A stretch of 64,000 bases of DNA from Minisyncoccota bacterium (GCA_041659845.1 JBAZXM010000002.1:4-64003); one strand, 5' to 3'; positions 37,741 through 48,227 are shown, counted from the first letter of the stretch. Notes: generated by a model from the sequence alone, not told the origin. Translations and numbers: made by a program.

Positions 37741-38451
37741 TTAAAAAGATTTTTGAAGTACTCTTTTTTTATTTTGTTTTATATTTAGAGCATTAATCGC
37801 TGATTGTCTTTCAATACAACCTTGGCATTTACCACAATGATTTTCTCTGCTATGTAAGCAACTCCATGTGTCCTCATTGTTCATTCCAGCTTCAATACCT
37901 TTTTTGATTAATTCAGACTTACTTATTCCAATAAATGGAATTACAATAGTAACCTGGTAACCTGAAACATGCAGCATTTTATTGAAAGTATCAATATAAT
38001 CAGTTATTGAATTATCCCAATTGTCGTCCTTATGAACAGCCCAAACAATTTCGTTGAATCCATGCGATACTGCATATACGGCACTTAATAAATGCATTGT
38101 TTGAAGACTAAGTGGTGCTTCAATTTTTCCATCAGGAGTACACGAGGTTTTACCTAAAAAACCAAAAGGTTTACGTTTCCCAGGCTTATTTCCCCCACCC
38201 ATTCCAATTGTTATTAAGGGAATATCAGAAAATAACTGGTCTAATTGAGATACATCAATAATTTTATGCTGTACATTACATTGATTTGCAATAATTTTTG
38301 CACAGTCAATTTCCCTTGAATTATCAGTCATTTTGCTTGCTAAGAAGCTTAAGCACTGAATTTCATCTGAAGTTTCTTTTTGCATATTTAAAATAAAAAT
38401 TGCAGCAGAAGAATCTGGTCCCCCAGACAGTAAAATAATGGTCTTTTTCAT
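37741..38451 (-). CDS. queC: 7-cyano-7-deazaguanine synthase QueC
   Basis: PP-loop LLSGGPDSS and a C-terminal Zn motif HCGKCQGCIERQ. Confidence 0.6.
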   Translation of the reverse strand: MKKTIILLSGGPDSSAAIFILNMQKETSDEIQCLSFLASKMTDNSREIDCAKIIANQCNVQHKIIDVSQLDQLFSDIPLITIGMGGGNKPGKRKPFGFLGKTSCTPDGKIEAPLSLQTMHLLSAVYAVSHGFNEIVWAVHKDDNWDNSITDYIDTFNKMLHVSGYQVTIVIPFIGISKSELIKKGIEAGMNNEDTWSCLHSRENHCGKCQGCIERQSAINALNIKQNKKRVLQKSF

Positions 38452-38513
38452 ACTTATTTATATTTAAGAGAACTCTTACGATATGTAAGTTTATTCTAGT
38501 ATCACTATACAGA

Positions 38514-38531
38514 TTGACAAATATCTGTCAA
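38514..38531. promoter_or_regulatory. TTGACA-aatatc-TGTCAA inverted repeat upstream of queC (overlapping -35-like hexamers)
   Basis: Direct read. It may be nothing more than the queC promoter -35 element. Confidence 0.3.
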
Positions 38532-39877
38532 TGGGAGTATACCAAGGGCCCACCCGGTGCATCTTTCACTTCAAATCCCAAATCGTTTATCTTTTTTCGT
38601 AGCTCGTCTGATCGATTGAAGTCTTTTGTAATTCTGGCAGATTCTCGTTCGTCTATAAGTTTTTGAACTTCTTCTGGGATGATTGTTTTTTTAAGTGTGG
38701 AAAATCCAAGCCCGAGTACTTGATCTAAATCAAGCACTGTCGCACGACGGTCAGCATTGGGAACCTTCTCGTCTTTAATTACATCCCAAAGCACGGTAAG
38801 CGCGCGAGGAGTATCAAGGTCATTTGCTAAGTATTCTTTAAATTTGTTTTTATATTCTTCATTAACAGTACCAGTATCTTCTCCAAGCTCGAGGAAAAGA
38901 TTGTATAGGCGTTTAAGCGCAGTTTCCGTACCTACAAGAGCTTCCCATGTGAAATTAATTGGCGTTCTGTAACTTGCCATAAGCATTAGGTATCGGAAGG
39001 CTAGGGGATTTATATTTTTTTCAATAATATCTCGAAGCGTGTAAAAATTCCCTAAGGATTTTGACATTTTTTTGCCGTCTACAAGTAGCCAGGCATTGTG
39101 CATCCAGTAATTGACGAAATGCTCGCCGGTAGCGCATTCAGACTGTGCAATTTCATTTTCATGGTGGGGGAACATATTATCTATACCGCCGGTGTGGATG
39201 TCAAAATGATTCCCAAGCTCTTTAGTGCTCATTGCCGAGCATTCTATGTGCCAGCCCGGGCGTCCTTTGCCGAGAGACGTCTCCCAAAAGACATCTCCAT
39301 CACTCTCATCCCACATTTTCCACAGTGCGAAGTCTCGAGCGTCATCTTTTTCATATTCATCTTTTATAATTCGTCCTCCGGCATTTTCCTTCAGCGCATC
39401 AAGTGAGAGATTATTAAGTTCTCCGTATTTTGGAAATTTTTTAATTGAAAAATAAATACTACCGTCTTCGCCCTTATAAGCAAAACCTTTTTCAAGAAGC
39501 TTTTCAATCATTACAACCATTTCTTTCACATAATCCGTCGCCTTTGTGTATTTCGTCGCAGGCAATATATTCAAAATATCGCGGTCTTTGAAAAATTCAT
39601 TAGTGTAGTATTCAGTAAATTCCTTAAGTGATTTACCAGTAGCCTTTGAATCACGGATTGTTTTATCATCTATGTCTGTGATATTCATTATGTGGTTTAC
39701 GTCATACCCCACGTAGACAAGTGCGCGCTTCAGTACGTCGCCGAATATGTACGCTCGATAATTACCGATATGCGGGAAGTTGTAGACTGTCGGCCCACAG
39801 GTATACATGCCGACTTTATTGCCATTAATCGGTTTGAATTCCTCCTCTTTCTTTGTCAGAGTATTATAGAGCTTCAT
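38528..39877 (-). CDS. cysS: cysteinyl-tRNA synthetase
   Basis: CGPTVYNFPHIGNYRAY (HIGH) and KMSKSLGN. Confidence 0.9.
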   Translation of the reverse strand: MKLYNTLTKKEEEFKPINGNKVGMYTCGPTVYNFPHIGNYRAYIFGDVLKRALVYVGYDVNHIMNITDIDDKTIRDSKATGKSLKEFTEYYTNEFFKDRDILNILPATKYTKATDYVKEMVVMIEKLLEKGFAYKGEDGSIYFSIKKFPKYGELNNLSLDALKENAGGRIIKDEYEKDDARDFALWKMWDESDGDVFWETSLGKGRPGWHIECSAMSTKELGNHFDIHTGGIDNMFPHHENEIAQSECATGEHFVNYWMHNAWLLVDGKKMSKSLGNFYTLRDIIEKNINPLAFRYLMLMASYRTPINFTWEALVGTETALKRLYNLFLELGEDTGTVNEEYKNKFKEYLANDLDTPRALTVLWDVIKDEKVPNADRRATVLDLDQVLGLGFSTLKKTIIPEEVQKLIDERESARITKDFNRSDELRKKINDLGFEVKDAPGGPLVYSH

Positions 39878-40713
39878 TTGAAGTAAATACCTACGATGCT
39901 GAAGGCTAGCGTCAAAATGAAAATGATTATGGAAAAGATGGTTAGGCGCTTGATTGTCCGGTTTGTCTTTGCTGTGAGTAGGGAGTCATTTGTTTCGCGT
40001 AAATCAACCAGCATTTCCTTGTCTCCATCGACGACATTTCTTATTTTATTGTACTCACCGGTAATTGCTGAGAGATAATATGAGAAATCTTCACCGAAGA
40101 ATTTTTTCCCAGCAGATTCAAATGATGAAAGCACTTCATGATGGAAGCGGACAGCCTGCTTGAAGTCGAGGAGCTTCCTGTGTACGTAAGAAATCTTTTT
40201 AACCATTTGAGCCTCCTTACCTTCAAAGATATTCATTTCAATCGCTTTCAAATCACTAGTGATACCGTCGAGCTGGCTCATGAGCGAGCTGTAGAGTTCC
40301 TTGATGATATGGTAAAAGAGGAAGCCGGCATGAGGGCCGATGAAATTATTATTGAGCATTGAATTAGTTTCAAAAACTTTTCCGAAATCATGCAATGCGT
40401 CCACCATTTCATAATGCGTAGTGATGAGGAAATTCTTGCCTAATATGAAGTCGATTTCTTGCTCGTCCTGACGGCCGTCATTTTGGCGCATGGTAGGGAA
40501 GTGAAGGATGACATAAATGCAATTAGAGTAGACATCCACCTTTGATCGCAAGGTTTTTTTAAGCATTTCTTCGACTACTAGCGGGGGGATGCTGTATTCG
40601 TCAATTAGAGCGATAATCTCTTCGCGTTTTGGAGATCCAGCATCAATCCAAGTCAAATCCTTATAAGTATATTTTGAAATCATAATAGTTCTATTATAAA
40701 GGAAAATCAGCAA
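39874..40713 (-). CDS. CorA-like Mg/Co transporter homolog truncated after TM1 (no GMN motif, no TM2)
   Basis: A cytoplasmic domain and a CorA-like TM1 (RLTIFSIIIFILTLAFSIVGIYFK*). The ORF stops where YGMNF would be, in an ATGA overlap with the cysS start. Confidence 0.4.
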   Translation of the reverse strand: MLIFLYNRTIMISKYTYKDLTWIDAGSPKREEIIALIDEYSIPPLVVEEMLKKTLRSKVDVYSNCIYVILHFPTMRQNDGRQDEQEIDFILGKNFLITTHYEMVDALHDFGKVFETNSMLNNNFIGPHAGFLFYHIIKELYSSLMSQLDGITSDLKAIEMNIFEGKEAQMVKKISYVHRKLLDFKQAVRFHHEVLSSFESAGKKFFGEDFSYYLSAITGEYNKIRNVVDGDKEMLVDLRETNDSLLTAKTNRTIKRLTIFSIIIFILTLAFSIVGIYFK

Positions 40714-40759
40714 ACACCAAAGCTTGCCTTATCTGGATTTTCTTGCTATTATGCCATAC

Positions 40760-41077
40760 ATGGAATTTGCTGTTATAAAAACAGGCGGAAAGCAGTATAA
40801 AGTCTCAGTTGGTGAAGTTATCACTATTGAGAAGCTTCCTGGTGCCCACGTTGTGGGTGATAAAATCACGTTTGAAAGCGTGCTTCTTGTTGATAATGGC
40901 AAAGACACTACTATCGGTACTCCTTACATTAAGGGTGCGAAAGTTGAGGCTACATTTCAAGCCGAAGGCCGAGCAAAGACTGTTATGGTCATGAAATACA
41001 AGGCAAAAAGCCGATACCTCAAGAAAAACGGCCACCGCCAGCCATTTGCGAAAGTCAAAATCACAGCAATTAAGTAA
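40760..41077 (+). CDS. rplU: 50S ribosomal protein L21
   Basis: MEFAVIKTGGKQYKVSVGEVITIEKL.. The start is chosen at M13 of the longer ORF. Confidence 0.8.
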   Translation: MEFAVIKTGGKQYKVSVGEVITIEKLPGAHVVGDKITFESVLLVDNGKDTTIGTPYIKGAKVEATFQAEGRAKTVMVMKYKAKSRYLKKNGHRQPFAKVKITAIK

Positions 41078-41162
41078 AAATCTCTCAATAAAATGAGAGA
41101 TTTTTACTACTATTGACAAAATACTACTTTCGTGTTTAATTGAAGTAAATAAACTTAGCACA

Positions 41163-41843
41163 TTGAAAAAACTATCCATCTTCTTATTATTAGCAGGGAT
41201 GCTGGTCTTAAGCGCTTGTGGTTCAGGCGAAATCAAAAACCAAAAGAAAGTAGAAAAATTTCCAACTCTTTTTCTAGAGGGTAGAGATACTCTCATTGAA
41301 GAAGAAAACCAGGCATGGCACCAAGTAGATCATTCATACACAAAATGTAATGGCAGTCCCGGAGTTCGTAAAGTTTGGGAGCCTGCTGCCGATGTGGACG
41401 GGGTGCCGTATGTACGAGCCCATCAATTAAAAGTTCAGGGCGACACCTTGAGCTTGGATTCATTAAAGAAAATTTTTAATGTTTCAGGCATGGGGAAAAG
41501 TAATCCAAAGAATAGTATTGCCGGTCTATGGGATGGCATTCAATGGAATTGGCTAGGCTTTATAATTTTTTGGGGACTCTTGGCTTTGCTGGCGCTACTT
41601 CTTTTAGCACTACTCATTTGGTTACTGAATTTATTAAGTAGCTTTTTTACCAGAAAGTCTTCGTCTCAACCAGCACCAGCTCCGGCACCTATTCCTGCTC
41701 CACAAGCAGCGCCTAATCAATGTACGCCTGGTAATTGTAATTGTGGTAGAAATGGATGCTATATGAATCCGCATCCCATGTTGAAAAAGAGGACTACTAC
41801 TATTGTTGAAGAGTTCTATCCACCCACATCGGAAAAAAGATGA
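41163..41843 (+). CDS. hypothetical lipoprotein with an internal TM and a Cys-rich C-terminus
   Basis: Lipobox LVLSACGSG, hydrophobic segment LGFIIFWGLLALLALLLLALLIWLL, and PAPAPAPIPAPQAAP..CTPGNCNCGRNGC. Confidence 0.45.
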   Translation: MKKLSIFLLLAGMLVLSACGSGEIKNQKKVEKFPTLFLEGRDTLIEEENQAWHQVDHSYTKCNGSPGVRKVWEPAADVDGVPYVRAHQLKVQGDTLSLDSLKKIFNVSGMGKSNPKNSIAGLWDGIQWNWLGFIIFWGLLALLALLLLALLIWLLNLLSSFFTRKSSSQPAPAPAPIPAPQAAPNQCTPGNCNCGRNGCYMNPHPMLKKRTTTIVEEFYPPTSEKR

Positions 41844-41858
41844 CGATCTTAAAACGTG

Positions 41859-41890
41859 AAAACCTTCCAAATTTTTGGAAGGTTTTTTTA
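41859..41890. terminator. bidirectional rho-independent terminator
   Basis: AAAACCTTCCAAA-ttt-TTGGAAGGTTTTTTT. Confidence 0.65.
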
Positions 41891-41898
41891 TTTCCCGA

Positions 41899-42336
41899 TT
41901 AAAAAGGAATCATCTCTCCTTTTTCATCACGGACTCTTTTTATTGTGTCCTCAACGCTAAGTTTCCTGGCTCTTTGAAACTGATCGTAATCTAAACTAAA
42001 AATGTAGCCATTTTTATAGATTGTCCATAAAATTGTTTTTTTGTTTCTTTTGAAAAACCATTCAGCTTCTCCGTACACTCCGGCACCCCAGGCTCCATCA
42101 CTAAAGGGAAGGAAAATGCCAGTATCGCATTTAGGTAGTACAACTTTGAAAAAGTAATCCATTCCATTACCAGTATCTTTTTTCCACTGCTGATAGCCCT
42201 CTTGGTGGTGCAACTGATTTGGATTTTCAATTTTAAAATCAGGACGAGCTTGTTTAATTATTTTCAGTAATTTTTCTTCAAATTTGGTTCCATATGTATT
42301 TATAGGATGCCCAAAGTACATAACTCTTTTTTTCAT
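41899..42336 (-). CDS. hypothetical protein
   Basis: 145-aa ORF. No family recognised. Confidence 0.4.
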   Translation of the reverse strand: MKKRVMYFGHPINTYGTKFEEKLLKIIKQARPDFKIENPNQLHHQEGYQQWKKDTGNGMDYFFKVVLPKCDTGIFLPFSDGAWGAGVYGEAEWFFKRNKKTILWTIYKNGYIFSLDYDQFQRARKLSVEDTIKRVRDEKGEMIPF

Positions 42337-42431
42337 GGGAACAGGTTTTGATTTACCAGAATACTACTCTTTTTATTCAAAAAATCAAACTACCCCAAAA
42401 GTGCGCTATAGCGCACTTTTGGGGTAAAAGA

Positions 42432-43046
42432 TTATTGTCTATTCTTCAACGCATTTTTGATTGTGTCTGAATCAGAGTATTCGAGCTCTGTACCGGTGGA
42501 GAGTCCGCGGCCGAGGCTTGAGATTTTAATTTGATATTCTTCTCTAAGCGAGGAGAGCATTTGGCGAGTGTAAATATCAGTATTGTCGCCTTGCGGGTTT
42601 AACGAGAAAGCAAGAATGATTTCCTTCAGTCCACTCGCTACATCCTTTTTAACTTTTTCAAAAAGTTCCTTAGAGCGTACAAGTTTCTCGGTATTCTTTT
42701 CTACGATTGGCACTAATCCGCCCAGAATAAAATAAAGCCCATTGTATGATTTACTTTTACGAATGCTTTCGAGATCGCTATCCTTCTCGACGATCATCAA
42801 TATGCTTTTATCCGTCGCGGAGCTTGCACAGATATCACAGAGCTCATTGCCATCTGTCTGGAAGAAGCGATGACAAGATGTACATTCAGAAATATTTTGT
42901 TTAAGTGTTTTTACAGATTCAATCAATGATTGTAAATATGATTGATCTTGCTTAAGAAGGAAATACACAAAACGCCTCGATTGGCGTTCACCGATGCCGG
43001 GGAATTTTGCAAACAGTTCTGCAAGTTTTTCGATTGAATTATTCAT
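42432..43046 (-). CDS. recR: recombination protein RecR
   Basis: HhH FPGIGERQSRRFVYFLLK, a C4 zinc finger (CTSCHRF..CDIC) and a Toprim-like C-terminus. Confidence 0.85.
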   Translation of the reverse strand: MNNSIEKLAELFAKFPGIGERQSRRFVYFLLKQDQSYLQSLIESVKTLKQNISECTSCHRFFQTDGNELCDICASSATDKSILMIVEKDSDLESIRKSKSYNGLYFILGGLVPIVEKNTEKLVRSKELFEKVKKDVASGLKEIILAFSLNPQGDNTDIYTRQMLSSLREEYQIKISSLGRGLSTGTELEYSDSDTIKNALKNRQ

Positions 43047-44461
43047 TAAAAATCATCAAGTGAGCCGGCTTTAGACCGAGCCATTTTGCCATAGCCATCA
43101 TCTTTTTCGAGGTCAAGAAATGTGGACTTGTCTTTGTCGAAATAAAGCTCGACTCTTCCGACTGGGCCGTTTCTATGCTTTTCAATGAGAATTTCGGCAA
43201 TATTAGTCTGCTCGGATTCTTCCTTTCCTTTATCTTCGCGATGAATAAACATCACCACATCAGCATCTTGTTCGATTGATCCGGAATCACGCAGGTCGGA
43301 AAGGCGTGGCTTGCCTCCGCGTGCTTCAACTGCTCGAGAGAGCTGTGAGAGTGCGAGCACGGGCACATTGAATTCTTTTGCCAAACCTTTCAATGAGCGA
43401 GAAATTTCAGTCACTTGGTTGACCATTGAATCATAATTTTTACTCGTTGACATGAGCTGTAGATAGTCGACAATAACAAGTCCAAGCCCATTTTCAGCCT
43501 TGAGTCTTCGGATAATCGTACGCATTTGTATGATGTTAGTCGCGGATTTGTCATAAATGAATATCGGCGCTTTGGAAAATTTATCAAGAGATTCACGAAG
43601 CTTGGAAAATTCACTGTCAGCCGAGAGTTTGCCTGTGCGCAGATTCCACGCGTTCACCCGCGATTCGGCCGCGAGCATTCTATCCACTAATTGCTGAATC
43701 GACATTTCAAGAGAGAAAATACCGACAGGAATATTATGTCTAACCGCAGCATGGCGAGCAATATCGAGAGCGAGAGTTGTTTTACCGACGGATGGGCGCG
43801 CTGCGAGTATGATAAGGTCAGATTCTTGGAATCCGGAAAGCATTGCGTCCAAATCACGGAAGCCAGTGGAAATACCCCGGAGTTCGCCTTTGTTTTCGTG
43901 TAATTTTTCTAATCGCTCCCATGCTTCTGGTAAGGTTTCTTTGATGTGAACAAACCTTTGGCTTTTACTCTGATTTGAAGTAACATCATAAATTTTCTTC
44001 CCTGCTTCATCCAGAATTTCATCAATATGAGTGTCGCCCTCATTAAAGCCGAGCTCGACGACTCGATCGGCCGCTTCAATCAGTTTTCGTAATGTATATT
44101 TTTTATAAACGATTTCCGCGTAGTGCCTGATGTTGGCGGAGGAGGGAACGGTCTGTGAAATTTCTGTCAGATATGAAGTTCCACCGACATTATCGAGTAT
44201 CTTTTTTTCTTTTAATTTTGTCGAGAGCGAAATCAGATCGATAGGTTCGTTCTTATTCGAAAGGTCGAGCATTGATTGGTATATCATTGCATGCTTGTCC
44301 GCATAAAATGATTCCGGGGTGAGCACATCAGCAATTTCATATACAGCTCCTGGGCGGAGCATGATAGAGCCCAAGACCGCCTTCTCGGAATCCAAGCTTT
44401 GCGGAGGAACGCGTAGGACTGGCGCCGATCTCTGTGTATTTTTATTGAAGTCTTTGGACAT
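43046..44461 (-). CDS. dnaB: replicative DNA helicase DnaB
   Basis: DnaB N-domain and Walker A ARPSVGKTTLALDIA. Length is normal at 471 aa, so there is no intein. Confidence 0.9.
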   Translation of the reverse strand: MSKDFNKNTQRSAPVLRVPPQSLDSEKAVLGSIMLRPGAVYEIADVLTPESFYADKHAMIYQSMLDLSNKNEPIDLISLSTKLKEKKILDNVGGTSYLTEISQTVPSSANIRHYAEIVYKKYTLRKLIEAADRVVELGFNEGDTHIDEILDEAGKKIYDVTSNQSKSQRFVHIKETLPEAWERLEKLHENKGELRGISTGFRDLDAMLSGFQESDLIILAARPSVGKTTLALDIARHAAVRHNIPVGIFSLEMSIQQLVDRMLAAESRVNAWNLRTGKLSADSEFSKLRESLDKFSKAPIFIYDKSATNIIQMRTIIRRLKAENGLGLVIVDYLQLMSTSKNYDSMVNQVTEISRSLKGLAKEFNVPVLALSQLSRAVEARGGKPRLSDLRDSGSIEQDADVVMFIHREDKGKEESEQTNIAEILIEKHRNGPVGRVELYFDKDKSTFLDLEKDDGYGKMARSKAGSLDDF

Positions 44462-44552
44462 ACAGTGATACTACCACAGCGCGTCTACCATTCAAAAATC
44501 AAAATCCTTAAGAACCTGTGCGTACCCTGTGGATTAATGTTATAATCTTCGC

Positions 44553-45503
44553 ATGTCACAAAAAATTCTTATTTCCGGGGTTAAGCCTACAGGCACAGTA
44601 CATATTGGCAATTATTTCGGTGCAATGAAGCAGTTTATCGATCTTGAAAGTTCCTACGAAAGCTATGTTTTCATAGCTGATTTACATGCTTTGACTAGTG
44701 TGCAAAATAGAGAGCAAATGACACAAGGAATACTTGATGTCGCGCTTGATTATCTTGCTATAGGCCTCGATCCGAAGAAAACCTGCCTCTTTAAGCAGTC
44801 TGACCTTCCGGAAGTCACTGAGCTTGCTTGGACTTTCAACTGCATCACTACTATGCCTTACCTTATGCGCGCTCATGCCTTCAAAGATGCGGAAGCGAAG
44901 AATAAAGAAATAAATGTCGGAGTTTTTGATTATCCGATTCTCATGGCTGCCGATATCTTAATTCAAAATGCGGATGTAGTACCTGTCGGGCTTGATCAAA
45001 AACAGCATATTGAGTACACACGCGACATAGCGGAGAAATTCAACCACATTTTCGGCGAGACATTCAAATTACCAGAACCGCTCATCATGGAGAGTGTAGC
45101 GACTGTGCTCGGAACAGATGGGCGCAAGATGTCTAAAAGCTATGGCAACACAATTCCTCTTTTCGCTGAAGAAGATGAATTACGGAAACTTGTGATGGGT
45201 ATCGTGACAGATTCAAGCGGGGGAATTCCAGAAAATGTTTATGTTATTCACAAGTTAATCAAGCCTGAATCAGAACTGAAAGATTTATATGAATCAAAGA
45301 AGGGTAAGTATAAAGAATTAAAGGAGGCACTGGCTGACGACCTCGAAGCATTTATCGCTCCTATGCGTGAACGCCGTAAAGAGTTGGCGAAAAATAAAGA
45401 CGAAGTACTGGCCATGCTTGCCGAAAATGCTTTGAAAATAAAAGCCCGCATCGCTCCAAAAATGAATGAGGTTAGGGAAAAGATAGGAGTTAAATTGGAT
45501 TAA
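44553..45503 (+). CDS. trpS: tryptophanyl-tRNA synthetase
   Basis: ISGVKPTGTVHIGNYFGA (HIGH) and KMSKSYGN. A TGTTATAAT extended -10 lies at 44536-44546. Confidence 0.85.
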   Translation: MSQKILISGVKPTGTVHIGNYFGAMKQFIDLESSYESYVFIADLHALTSVQNREQMTQGILDVALDYLAIGLDPKKTCLFKQSDLPEVTELAWTFNCITTMPYLMRAHAFKDAEAKNKEINVGVFDYPILMAADILIQNADVVPVGLDQKQHIEYTRDIAEKFNHIFGETFKLPEPLIMESVATVLGTDGRKMSKSYGNTIPLFAEEDELRKLVMGIVTDSSGGIPENVYVIHKLIKPESELKDLYESKKGKYKELKEALADDLEAFIAPMRERRKELAKNKDEVLAMLAENALKIKARIAPKMNEVREKIGVKLD

Positions 45504-45522
45504 GGTTTTTAGAAATCCAAAA

Positions 45523-47364
45523 ATGAAAATAAAAAATACAGAAGACAATTATACATTGCAAGGACTTCTTGATTTTTCTAAGATTTTACAAAACTTAAAA
45601 AAATCTATTTCTTTTGCATTCAAATCCGACAAGGCGCGAGTAATCGTCCTTATTACTATTGCCGTGATCACTGCGGTTATTCCGTATCTGCAAAACGGAC
45701 TTTTCGGAAAGCTTATTGATTCGACAATCAATTACAAAGTTGAGGGTACTGGGTTACAGGGAATTTTATTCACAGTAGTGCTATTGATTATTGCTACTGC
45801 TATTCCTAATATAGCCAGCCTTATTAAAAGTTTTGTTGATACGAATTTTCGCTTTAATCTTACTCAATTTATAGAAATTTATTTTTTGAAGAAAATAAGT
45901 TCTCTGGATATTGCAACAATAGAAAGTACGGAATATCAGGAATTAACTCAAAAGGCCAATGAACGAGGGTCGATGAGTATTTATCAACTCATTAGTTTTT
46001 CTATTGATAATTTCTCTAACCTTATTGGGGTTATTGTTTCTCTTGTTATTCTGGGTTTTATAGATCAAACACTTTTGTTATACGCATTCTTGGGGGCAAT
46101 TCCTGCACTTTACGTTCAACTTAAATATGGAAAAGATATTTATTGGATTTGGGACCTTAACTCCGGAAATCGAAGAAAGTATTTTAATCGCCGACACCAT
46201 TTTCAAAATACGACTGCATTGATTGAGGTTAAGCTTTATCAGCTTGCAAAAAATTTCCTTGGTGAGATAAAGAATATTCTAAGTAGTTTTAATGATGAAT
46301 TGAAATCAACCGAACGCAATAAGCTCACATGGGAGCTCTTGGCTCTTGGGGTGTTTGTTGTTTTTCTTGGAATGGGTATGTGGCGTATTGTTCACCTTAC
46401 GATAAGCGGTACTATGCCTATTGGCCAAATGTTTTTCGCATATACCACATATAGAGGATTTAAGGGGACGCTTATAGAATTTTTCCGAAAGATTGGCTGG
46501 ATGTCAGAGTTTTCTAATTATGTTGGCTACTGGTTTAAAATAGATGATTTGGTTCCTAAAATTCAAAATGAAAAAGACGCTTACAATCTCCATATCAAAG
46601 ACTTACCACCTCGTATTGAGTTTAAAAATGTCAGCTTCAGATATGATGTTGCAAGCAATAAAAGTTATGCCATCAAAGATCTTTCTTTTGTAGTTGAACC
46701 TGGGCAAAAGATTGCTATTGTTGGGCTCTCTGGAGCAGGAAAGACAACACTCATAAAGCTTTTGTGCAGAATTTATGATCCAGAGTCTGGTCATATTTTG
46801 ATTAACGGAAAAGATTTGCGGGAAATCAATCTTGATTCTTGGCAAGAACAATTGGCTGTAATGTTTCAAGATTTTGCCACATATGAATTTACAGTTCGTG
46901 AATCTATTGCTTTCGGTAATCCAAACATTGAACCTAATGAAAAGAAAATAAAACAAGCTGCCGAAATGGCAAAGGCACATGATTTTATTGACCGGTTACC
47001 CAAAAAGTATGACCAGCTATTATGGAAGGGATTTGAAGATGGAGTAGATCTTTCAAAGGGTGAACGCCAGCGTATGGCGCTTGCGCGAGTTCTTTATCGT
47101 GAATCACCAATTACGATCCTAGATGAGCCAACTGCATCTGTCGACGCTCTAGCTGAACAGGAAATATTCGGAACACTTGAGAAACTTCCAGGTGATAGAA
47201 CAGTAATTCTTATTTCTCACCGCTTCAGTACTGTAAAAAATACAGACAATATTCTTGTTATTGAGCATGGTCAATTGATTGAAGAAGGAAGTCATTTGAA
47301 ATTGATGAAAGAAAAAGGTAAATATGCTGAGCTGTACAAACTTCAAAAAGAGTCCTACGATTAA
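45523..47364 (+). CDS. ABC transporter, fused permease and ATPase (exporter, MsbA-like)
   Basis: Six-TM N-terminus, Walker A GLSGAGKTT, signature LSKGERQRMALAR and Walker B ILDEPT. Confidence 0.85.
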   Translation: MKIKNTEDNYTLQGLLDFSKILQNLKKSISFAFKSDKARVIVLITIAVITAVIPYLQNGLFGKLIDSTINYKVEGTGLQGILFTVVLLIIATAIPNIASLIKSFVDTNFRFNLTQFIEIYFLKKISSLDIATIESTEYQELTQKANERGSMSIYQLISFSIDNFSNLIGVIVSLVILGFIDQTLLLYAFLGAIPALYVQLKYGKDIYWIWDLNSGNRRKYFNRRHHFQNTTALIEVKLYQLAKNFLGEIKNILSSFNDELKSTERNKLTWELLALGVFVVFLGMGMWRIVHLTISGTMPIGQMFFAYTTYRGFKGTLIEFFRKIGWMSEFSNYVGYWFKIDDLVPKIQNEKDAYNLHIKDLPPRIEFKNVSFRYDVASNKSYAIKDLSFVVEPGQKIAIVGLSGAGKTTLIKLLCRIYDPESGHILINGKDLREINLDSWQEQLAVMFQDFATYEFTVRESIAFGNPNIEPNEKKIKQAAEMAKAHDFIDRLPKKYDQLLWKGFEDGVDLSKGERQRMALARVLYRESPITILDEPTASVDALAEQEIFGTLEKLPGDRTVILISHRFSTVKNTDNILVIEHGQLIEEGSHLKLMKEKGKYAELYKLQKESYD

Positions 47365-47375
47365 CCCAAATTTCG

Positions 47376-47404
47376 TTGACAAAATAATTTATAACTTATA
47401 CAAT
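47376..47404 (+). promoter_or_regulatory. consensus sigma70-like promoter TTGACA-17-TACAAT upstream of ORF 47428
   Basis: Direct read. Confidence 0.55.
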
Positions 47405-47427
47405 TTGGATAAATAAAAATCTTTAAC

Positions 47428-48174
47428 ATGATGGAACCAACAGGGGCACTATTTATTATTTTAATGATAGTGGTCGTACTCTTCATTGTTTGGAGAGTAG
47501 AGATTGCCAAATGTAAAATACGTAAAGCCTCAACATTAGCCGAACTTTCTATATGTCATAATTCGCTTTCAGGATTCATTAAAAATCTCATACAAGCTTC
47601 ATATCTTACAAAGAGGATAAGATTAGTACGCAGTTTCATCGCGACAACGCCTTCATTTCTTGAGCTTATCAAGAAAATGCGTTCCTGTGCACATGAGGCG
47701 AGAATGCTTTTTGAAATATCTGAAAATGAAATTCTTGATTCTGCTTATGACGCGCTTGAGCACTGTTTCAATTATAATGAAGTAGAAAAGTTACGAACAC
47801 ATTTGGAACATCCTCATATTTTGCACAAAATCTTTCATGAAGAGGGAAGTCTTTGCAATGATTTTTACAAAAGTCTTATTGCAAAGGAGAACTATTTTTC
47901 TTTGAAAGATGCAGAGAATGCGAAATACAGTATTCGTGAGTTGTTTACGATTTACGAACGCGCGCATTTGAGCGAAATGGTGAGGAGGACGCTTGCAGAC
48001 CACCTTTCAAATTTGCTTGAAAAAGTGAATAGGGGAATAATCCTAAATACATTCACTGAAGAAGAAAAAGAAAGATGGAAAAAGGTGATCAGTTACAAAC
48101 ATCACTACGAGCAGAAAGTATTTGCGAAATATATGCATTTGTTTGCATCGGCGAAAAAGCCACCTGAACAATAG
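47428..48174 (+). CDS. hypothetical protein with an N-terminal TM helix
   Basis: 248-aa ORF. No family recognised. Confidence 0.4.
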   Translation: MMEPTGALFIILMIVVVLFIVWRVEIAKCKIRKASTLAELSICHNSLSGFIKNLIQASYLTKRIRLVRSFIATTPSFLELIKKMRSCAHEARMLFEISENEILDSAYDALEHCFNYNEVEKLRTHLEHPHILHKIFHEEGSLCNDFYKSLIAKENYFSLKDAENAKYSIRELFTIYERAHLSEMVRRTLADHLSNLLEKVNRGIILNTFTEEEKERWKKVISYKHHYEQKVFAKYMHLFASAKKPPEQ

Positions 48175-48227
48175 TACGGTGGTTTTTTTTATTTTCTAAA
48201 AATCGCTTTTATGCTATTATCTAGGGC

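Noticed and set aside
38514-38531. TTGACA-N6-TGTCAA and TTGAC-tt-GTCAA (8657-8668) as further copies of the grpE operator
   Set aside because: They are short and identical to the sigma70 -35 consensus on both strands, and so most simply explained as overlapping or divergent -35 hexamers. I mention them only as context for the grpE finding.
43046-44461. Intein in dnaB, considered because a Hint-domain ORF exists elsewhere in the window
   Set aside because: DnaB is a normal 471 aa with contiguous helicase motifs. The Hint domain at 29337-30638 is at the end of a separate secreted protein, not an intein in a housekeeping gene.
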